A model generated the notes under the pieces. That model was given only the letters and a program-made list of their open reading frames with translations. It was not told the origin of the DNA and searched no databases. A program made the position numbers and the translations under genes. DNA of 61,420 bases, the filler included, from Choristocarpus tenellus KU-1152 (taxonomy: Eukaryota; Protista; Phaeophyceae), in NCBI GenBank assembly GCA_964200185.2. It is 12 parts of 12 records of this genome, joined end to end, with 100 filler letters (N's around TTAATTAATTAA, not from the genome) between each part and the next. Parts side by side here need not be neighbours in the genome. Positions count along the whole stretch, not along the records: positions 51,191 to 53,824 come from CAXNAD020026102.1; positions 53,925 to 58,573 come from CAXNAD020013641.1; positions 58,674 to 61,420 come from CAXNAD020025101.1; 9 more parts are not named here. One strand, given 5' to 3'. Shown here piece after piece: positions 53,592-61,420 of this stretch (position 1 is its first letter; each line of letters begins with the position of its first letter).

Positions 53592-53966
53592 GAGTGAAAG
53601 TATCTTAAAGGGTACGAGTTTTTCCCTGTTTGTCCGTGTGGAGCTTGGCTTTCCATGGGCATTTTATGACATTTTACCTACTCCTAAACATTTCAGAGTA
53701 GATCAAATATATACCTCATGAAAAGGTGTGTCCGGAACAAGGATATTAACGCTTCCTAACAAACACAATAGCCAAAATTACATCAAAATCTCAACATTGG
53801 ATTTTGGCCCCCAAATGGACGCGGNNNNNNNNNNNNNNNNNNNNNNNNNNNNNNNNNNNNNNNNNNNNTTAATTAATTAANNNNNNNNNNNNNNNNNNNN
53901 NNNNNNNNNNNNNNNNNNNNNNNNCCCTAATGGACGCGGCTCTACCCTCTAAGATACTTTGGCTCT
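53592..53966 (+). mobile_element. MITE family A sequence on both sides of a gap
   Basis: Left end GAGTGAAAGTATCTTAAAGGGTACGAG at 53592, right end AAGATACTTTGGCTC at 53966. These may be different copies. Confidence 0.8.
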
Positions 53967-54025
53967 TCAGTGAATTCAATAGCTTGTTGTTTTCTTGACA
54001 TACAAGATTGACCTGAGGAGTCTCG

Positions 54026-55787
54026 TTGGTCATGTGCTCATCAAATGATGGACTATAGCAAAAAAGATCGTCTAGCCAGTGTTCTACACCATTTCCTTGG
54101 AGATCTCCTAAGGTCTCTCTCATGTAACTAAATAATACTGCAGGTAAGAGTTTCAACCCAAACCCACACCTGTTATATTCCCAAAGTTGTCCATGAGCGT
54201 CACGGAAGGCTGTCTTATGTTTGTCTACCTCTGCGATATCTAGTTGAAATAATCCCGACGCTAGGTCTACGGCAGTATAATAGCTAGAACCCTTTAGCTT
54301 ATCAAAGATGCTAGCGATGTTCCTGAGACCTCCACTATCACTACGCGAGAGATCATTAAACATCCTATAGTTTGTGCACAACCTCAGGGTCCTATCTTTC
54401 TTACGTACTACTACCACTGCTGCTGCCCACGCTGAGGTGGAGGGTCTAATGATACCACGTTCCTGCAACTGCTTAACCTCGGCCTGAATCATCTGCGTTT
54501 CTTCAGGAGAGAAGCGCCTTTGTTTCGCTGCGTAGGGTGTGCAGTTCTCGTCTAATAGTGGTATACGTAGTACTCCTCTAGAGCATGGGGGAACTCATTT
54601 GGGATCTTCAGGGAATACCCCTAAATTCTTCTAACAATTCCACCAACTGTCCCTTCTACCCTGGTGTCAGCTGTCCCATATTGGCATCGTTAAGGCTCAC
54701 TGATTGATGCCGGACCCCCTTGGCTTCATCTGAAGAGGTGTCTTCTTCCTCTGCTACCGAGCAGTCACCAGTCTCGTCTGCTTTGAGGGATGCCTTGTCT
54801 GAGAACTAGTTGTCGCAAGCAGGACTGTCCTCTTGGAGTGTCTTTGGGGGGTTTGGTTAGAGACTGAAAGAGTGCAACCACCCTCTCTGTATCCTGGGTA
54901 TTCAGAGCAATCGCCTTTGCAACTGGCAGCTCTGCCTGGACACTACTGGGCTTATTGCACGTATTTACCAGCTTGCAATATATGGGGGTTCCTGGGTTCC
55001 ACCATTGTACACCTCTGGCAACTCCGACAGCATTTCCTATTTCCAGGTTATACTCTGATAAGGGCTCAATCACCACCAACCGTCTGGATTGTGGATGTGC
55101 CCTCTTAACGAATCCTTTGCAGACTTTGCTGACAAACCCTTCTACATGTTTTACTTCTGACAAACGCAATTCCCATTGCAGAGTCCCATCGTCCTCCCAC
55201 GCTTCCTCTACCAAAAGGGGTACTAGACCTGGACTCTCCAGTGATGGGGTCAGAGGATCCTCGTCCTGGGTAAGATCTATTGCTGCGATACCTGCGCTTT
55301 TGGATCCGCATCTGAGGTGCCTGCTTCTGGGTCTACATAAAAAACTTGCATGTTCCTTCTGTGGTTGCGCATGTTCACCAATTGGAGTACTAGTGCATCT
55401 TGGGAATCTAGGGAGTGCGTCAGGGGAGGGTTCTCTACATCCAGCTGATCTGAGGTTATTAAGAGGCAGTCTGTGGTACTTGGATGGCCGGGTTGTGGGT
55501 GTCATTGATGCTTGCCATTCTCCTAGGGCTGACAGGGGTGCATTGTTATCACGAGATCGGGGTGTCACAGCTCGAACAAAAGGTATCCATGGTGAGTCTG
55601 GAGCTGGTCGAAAGCCTTCCCCATCTCTAAATGACAGTATGCTATTGTGCTGCCTACATAATGCTGCTCCCAGAACCATCTCGTAAGGTAAGCCTTCCAC
55701 TACTCTGAATGTTACATTGCGGACTCCATCCTCTGGGGGAAACAATATTGGCAGTATGCAGGACCCTAGTACCTGCATGGGTGGAAA
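54026..55787 (-). mobile_element. Ty3/Gypsy pol pseudogene: protease C-terminus, linker and RT N-half
   Basis: FRVVEGLPYEMVLG (retropepsin end); IIRPSTSAWAAAVVVVRKKD..LRLC, DLASG, KTAF, GFGL, WLDD, FDEHM. Stops and frameshifts near 54600-54770. Confidence 0.88.
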
Positions 55788-55788
55788 A

Positions 55789-56053
55789 TGTTAAAGTATC
55801 CCCAAAATCATCAAAGAGGGTAAACGTGATAAACCCGGGGAGATTGCTTGGTGTCTGTAGAGTGATTGATCAAATTTAGGTGGGGCATGCAAGTCCCCAT
55901 AATATCATAAATATTTCCTTTTATATGAGAAAGGTTCTCCTTCAACTAATCACTAGCAAAAGGTTCTGATAACTCAACTACTAATTGATTGTTTCGTTAC
56001 CCTGTAACTGTCCGCGTAACTGTCCGATAGAGTTGGAAGAGTCTAATCGAACA
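55789..56053 (-). mobile_element. 265-bp LTR-like element (TGTT...AACA) with a PPT-like tract upstream
   Basis: The minus strand reads GCTCGGGGGAG|TGTTCGATTAGAC...TTAACA. Same family as 6558-6630 and 40126-40160. Confidence 0.55.
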
Positions 56054-56105
56054 CTCCCCCGAGCTTAAACAACTCTTGAGAACTTACAAGAAAACAATTA
56101 TGGAT

Positions 56106-56515
56106 CCAAACTTCGCCTCCTTCTTACCAGACTCAAACAATACGGCCTGTCTGTGAACTTCCCCAAATCCTTGTGGTGCATGCCCTCACAAGAATTTGTA
56201 GGAATGAAGGTAGGTAGAGATGGCTTGAGCCCTGCTCCATCGAAAATGATAGCAGTAGCAAAAATTGATCCCCCATCTACAGTTGAGCAGTTAAGAAGTG
56301 TTCTAGGCATGACAGGATACATGCGACAGTTTGTTCCGAGCTATGACCAAGTAACTGCACCACTGACAGACATCCTCCGGAATAAAGGGTATGCTTCCAA
56401 AGGAGAAGGAAGAAGAGTATCCCTTGGGGATCAGAGGAGCAGAAGGCCTTTGAACAACTTAAGGTGCATCTGGTTTCTCCACCAACCCTAGTTTTTCCTG
56501 ATTGGGATAAGCCGT
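56106..56515 (+). mobile_element. Ty3/Gypsy RT C-half and RNase H connection
   Basis: KLRLLLTRLKQYGLSVNFPKS...QLRSVLGMTGYMRQFV...AFEQLK.HLVSPPTLVFPDWDKP. Confidence 0.85.
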
Positions 56516-56779
56516 GAGCCAAAGTATCTTAGAGGGAAGAGCCGTGTCCATTTCGAGGTCAAAATCATCCAATGTTGCAAATTCGATGTAATTTTGGCTA
56601 TGTGTTTGTAGGAAGTGTCAATATCCTTGTTCCGGACACACCTTTTCGTAATATACACATTTTGCCTACTCCGAAACATTTTGGAGTAGAAAAATATCAT
56701 AAAAATAAACATGGGAAGCCAAGCCCCAAATGGACAAACAGGGCAAAACTCGTACCCTAACCCTAAGATACTTTCGCTC
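56516..56779 (-). mobile_element. MITE family A (264 bp)
   Basis: GAGCCAAAGTATCTTAGAGGG...AAGATACTTTCGCTC, inserted in Gypsy codons CCG|TTC with a GT (or CGT) duplication. Confidence 0.88.
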
Positions 56780-56841
56780 GTTCACAAGGGATCCCTACAC
56801 CGATGGTCAAAAGATGTAGGGGGTATGCACATTCCACTGGT

Positions 56842-57088
56842 GAGGGAAAGTATCTTAGAGGGTACGAATTTTCCCCTGTTTGTGCATTTGGTGCTTGACT
56901 TCCCATGGGTTTTGTTATGACATTTTCCCACTCCAAAGTGTGTCGGAGTAGGTAAAATGTATACGTTATGAAAAGGTGTGTCCAGAACAAGGATTTTGAC
57001 ACTTCCTAACAAACACGATAGCCAAATCGCAACATTGGATTTTGGCCCCCGATTGGACGCGGCCCTACCCCCTAAAATACTTTGGCTC
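56842..57088 (+). mobile_element. MITE family A (247 bp), TSD TGGT
   Basis: GAGGGAAAGTATCTTAGAGGGTACG...AATACTTTGGCTC flanked by TGGT/TGGT. Confidence 0.88.
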
Positions 57089-57245
57089 TGGTGTGAATAT
57101 TACTTCTCGCACTAATTTTGAATATTACTTCTCGCACTAATTTCGCACTTCCCCATTCCGAAAATTATTTAACGCACAATTCTCACCACGCCCTCCTACT
57201 GGGCTTGCTGGGCTTGCACTGAAACGGGTGCATTGTTGAGTCCAG

Positions 57246-58573
57246 GAAACTGGTCTGAAGGCGAGATGAATGGAGCCGGAAGGTACACAAATAATAATGG
57301 TGAAGTGTATATTGGCGAGGTAAGCACCAAAATGTGCTGATATGGAGTCTCGCTCTCCCCTTCTCTGCTCTTCACCAATGAGTTTGTATGGAAGTTACAT
57401 AATAGCCAAAATATAACATGTCTGTCTATGAGTATGCTGTACCTTGCTGGGATTGCCACCTTTTTTCAAGAGTATTTTTTTCAGTGGCTCATTGTGTTTT
57501 TTTTCAGTTGGGCAGGAGGACTCTTCCCTGACTGCCCGCACATTTCTTAACACTGTTTGAAATGTTTAGGAGTATTTGAGATCTAGGTCTCTCTACAAAC
57601 CGTTGATTTTCTCAGGGCTAAGGTGAACTCAACGAGCATGCCTAATAATTTTATTTGCATGATTGTATACTGTGGGACTCAGGAACATCCCACCAACTAT
57701 GCTGATTGAACTGATCCCTCATATATCTCTTGTTGTGTAGCAGTCACTGCGAAGAGATGTGGGGAGTCAATCAATGTTGAAGGTTGGCTACTGGATAATT
57801 CTATATGGCTATCCTACCTTAGAGAGGGGTCTATTAAAACGACTTTTTGAGCGTTTTCAGCTTTTAAAATCTTCTGCCGAACATCCAATTTTCCATTCTG
57901 GAAATGCAACTAACCCCCCTTAGGGGACTGAGACAATAGAAGAGACGACCAAGATCTTCCATAAGAGCAGTAGTATCTTAGGGAGGGATCGATTCAGGCC
58001 CTTTTGAGATTTCTAAGGGGCATACATATAACATCTTCTACCTCACACCCCCATTTCCATGCCCAAAACGTATCTGCCCTTCACCAAGAGGCTGTGGCTG
58101 CAAAAGAGGGAGATGGACGTTTGCCCAACCGAAATTTGAGGGGATAAAGGACACACGAACATATATGTTCACAAGAACGGAATGGCCTACATGTCGCATC
58201 AGAAAAATTACGACAAATATATTTGCTCTGCAATATCCCCCCCCCCCCCTTCAATCAACATTACGATTATCTTGATTTTACCTTCAAATTTAGGGTCATG
58301 ACTATGGTTAATATGGTTAGGGTTAGTATCACCGACGCTGATCTTACCTTCCTCTCCTCCCTTTGTTGTCTCATCTCTAGTTCCGCTCGGGAAATATGCA
58401 TGGCCAAGGGACCTACATCTGGCCATCACGAGGTGAGGAGGGTGAGTGCTATGTGGGAGAGTGGAAGGAAGGGCTCCGGCACGGACATGGTCGTCACCAC
58501 TTTAAATCATCAACACCTGAAATGGTTGATGGAGATTACTATGAGGGACAGTGGGAGGGTGGCGACATGCATG
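57246..58573 (+). CDS. MORN-repeat protein, internal exons
   Basis: Exons 57246-57319 (GNWSEGEMNGAGRYTNNNGEVYIGE) and 58381-58573 (FRSGNMHGQGTY...YVGEWKEGLRHGHG...YEGQWEGGDMH) are in phase and run into the gap. Confidence 0.85.
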
Positions 58574-58882
58574 NNNNNNNNNNNNNNNNNNNNNNNNNNN
58601 NNNNNNNNNNNNNNNNNTTAATTAATTAANNNNNNNNNNNNNNNNNNNNNNNNNNNNNNNNNNNNNNNNNNNNGCATACGTCGGGTGGATACTGAAAATG
58701 CGTTTTTCCTGGTTTTGGTCCATATGGACACCCTAGTGTAGACCCCCCCCCCCCTCCCAGATACTTTGGGTCTGAAATCTGACCCCTTCTGACAATGGAT
58801 GCATATCAATCTACTAATGCCTTGTCCTCACACTTTGCAACAGCTTGGACTACAGCTCCGGAGCTTTGACTGCCCAACCTTC

Positions 58883-59145
58883 GAGCCAAAGTATCGTAGA
58901 GGTTAGAGCTGCGTCCATTTGAGGGCCAAAATCCAATGTTGCGATTTTGATGAAATTTTGGCTATCATGTTTGTTAGGAAGTGTGAGTATCCTTGTTCCG
59001 GACACACCTTTCCACAACGTATACATTTTACCTACTCTTAAACATTCTGAAGTAGGAATTCGTCATAAAACAAAAAGACATGGGAAGCCAAGCCCCAAAA
59101 TGGACAAACAGGGCAAACTTCGTACCCTCTAAGTTACTTTAACTC
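58883..59145 (-). mobile_element. MITE family A (263 bp), TSD TTC
   Basis: GAGCCAAAGTATCGTAGAGG...TACCCTCTAAGTTACTTTAACTC flanked by TTC/TTC. Confidence 0.88.
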
Positions 59146-61207
59146 TTCGTCAACCAGCCTCAAAGTATGAAGTGTTATGGTAACGACACTGTACAGGTGA
59201 CATGTTTGCGCTCGACTTGTGTGTTGGCTACTGTTTCCGACCAATGGAACCAAAACACAGCGGTGTAGCCACCACTAGAAGGTTCATAGTGCCAATCATA
59301 GAAAAATGGCAAGGGGGTCTCTCTCTTTAGTTAGTTAGGTCACTTCCCTCTCAGTCACTTCTGCTCTCGTCCCATCTCCCGTGATCCTCATTTCTCTTGT
59401 ATATCTATGTTTACGCTAGGAGTAACGGAGTAGTACCATTGGTTGTCCAACTCTCTTGCCTCTCTACCTCATTTCTTTACGTAGCACCTCCGTACTCTCA
59501 AGGCAATATTGATAGAAGTGTGTCTCAATGCTCTCGTCGAGCAGCTCTTGTAAACCCAAGCAATCGTGAATGCATGCGATATAGGCATCAACCATACCTC
59601 CATGTACTTCATTGCTGATAGGAACGTCATGAGAGGTGGGGAAGGCAGTTCTCTCTCATAGGCAGTTGTATTTCACAATGTGAATACAAATGAGAAATTC
59701 ACACATGATAGTTGCCATCCAGATCAAGCCATCAAAGCTGTACCCTCAGCATAGAATACGTCACAAATGGACCTGTACACTCAATATATGGATATCTTCC
59801 CACATAGCGCATGTGAGTGGGGAGTGGTCACCATCGGGTTCCTCGTGAAGAGTAGGCCGTGCTGGACATTTTAATACCAGTTATTCATTAAGCACAACTC
59901 AAACAGAAAGCAAACAACTGGAAACACCTTGTGTACGGGACTTGATACTAGCCCTTCTCCCACCGGCAATGTAGTCTTGCACTAGATATGCAAGTGATAA
60001 TTTCATTGCAACTTTCGGATCGTTTTGCGATGCCATGGCAGACTGTTGAGCTCAAGTGGTGGACATTTTGGAACTGAAATGGTGGAGAGCCGTCACTGGC
60101 GTGGGGAGAGGTCACCTCCCAGTTCAAATGTGGTGTCACTTCATCGTAATCTGTATCGTTGTTGGGCTATTATAAACGTCTTTGAGTGTTTTGCAGCCCA
60201 AAATGAAGATCTGGCATAGCAGGGAAAGCGTTGTGCTGAAGCGCATTGTGATCTGTGCACCACCAGCAGATGGCCTTATTCGGCCTTCCCCTCGTACTCG
60301 AAATCAGCTATTGGGTTGTTTTTAGTCTTGATTTGTATTGTTCTTGAGCGTTATGATCGTACAGCTCGTTTAACGTGGAAAACAACAATGGTGGTATGAC
60401 CAGTTGGTCGGAAGGGGGCTCTGCATAGTTTGAATGCATGGGTCACTTCGAATGTACGAAAGTACTACAAGAAGAGAAAAGGTATTAGCCAGCCTTGAGT
60501 AGTCATCTTATTGCTACCAGAATTACTATTTATATGCAATACCTAACTATACTTCGAATAATGTTATTGTGCCGTCTGACATTTTCCAGATTTTTGTCAG
60601 GAAAAAGCCACTTCAATATCATATGAACTCCTCCTGCAAAAGTAACAGTTGTCGCAAATGTAAAAGACAACTGTGAAGAAGTAAGAGATTGTAAATATTT
60701 TGTGTGTTTAGCATGTGGCGGATGTATATACATACTGTAGGATGACGTCCGATTTTGTTTTGTCTTCTGAGTATTTTTCAACATATTTGATCTCTCATGT
60801 CTTTTTGTGGGAGATTGATGGGTTCAAGTCAACTGTTGAGTATAAAATGTATATATATATGTGTTCCGTTTTTTCTGTACTTGATCGTGTGTATCGTTTT
60901 TGTTGCGTGCACACTGTCGAATAAACTAGTGTTATCCTTATGTTATCTGTGCTTATCCAAGTAAATAACATAGCTTATAGGTACGTTGATCTTTAGTGTA
61001 GTACAATACAAAGTAGTAACGCACACAGCGGTACGTTATGGTGGGCCAATGGGACATTACAAGTGGTATAGTGGGACTATAGCATTAGTAGTTATATTGG
61101 ACACCAAATGGACAATACCCTGCGGACAATAAATAATTCAGTGTGTGCTTTACCATGAGATTCAACTGCTAACTTCCGGCGACGAGCCTTACATGCGCTA
61201 AGCTTCT

Positions 61208-61210
<3 letters not shown>

Positions 61211-61243
<33 letters not shown>
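61211..61243. repeat. (CA)n microsatellite
   Basis: About 16 CA units. Another array at ~48231-48268. Confidence 0.9.
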
Positions 61244-61246
<3 letters not shown>

Positions 61247-61420
61247 AAAAAAATGTGTACGTAGTCTAACATACATCTTTGGACACCAGTTTGTTCCTAT
61301 TAGTAGCTCTGTTGCCTGTCACTTAATATCACATCAACATCATTAAGTACTAACAGGGGATCCTCAAAATTGAGGATGGCGCGGGACTATGAGGATGGTT
61401 GTTTTGCGAAAACGGTCTTT

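Noticed and set aside
54955-55686. 243-aa plus-strand ORF as a gene
   Set aside because: It is the antisense shadow of Gypsy pol.
370-60924. Most 60-130 aa ORFs in the supplied track
   Set aside because: They have non-ATG starts, low complexity, or overlap MITEs, introns and gaps, with no recognisable domains.

Overview
Repeat-rich, intron-rich eukaryotic nuclear DNA. By inference it comes from a photosynthetic stramenopile or brown-algal-type genome (GT-AG introns, interstitial CCCTAA hexamers, putative organelle-targeted PPR and RH22-like proteins). It is not prokaryotic, and I saw no CRISPR array, rRNA or tRNA. The window is 12 contigs joined by 11 artificial 100-nt linkers (N44-TTAATTAATTAA-N44), so adjacency across gaps means nothing. 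Genes reconstructed by hand from splice sites: a DEAD-box RNA helicase (7 exons, 3' end missing), the 3' exons of proteasome ATPase RPT3, a PPR gene with an intronless CDS, a complete 4-exon serine acetyltransferase, the 5' exons of a GT14-like glycosyltransferase, and MORN-repeat exons. The rest is transposon debris (Ty3/Gypsy gag/pol/integrase, DD39D-like mariner, an LTR-like repeat, a hAT-like element). The most distinctive signal is two abundant MITE families (A ~258 bp, B ~180 bp). They share AAAGTATCT at terminal positions 6-14 and a subterminal GTCCATTTGGG box, carry mixed 3- and 4-bp target duplications, nest in themselves, and family A tends to occur as nearby inverted pairs. Also notable are a Gypsy RT split into two divergent halves that rejoin in frame through a 4-bp CCAA overlap, and an unexplained ~75-bp dispersed motif.
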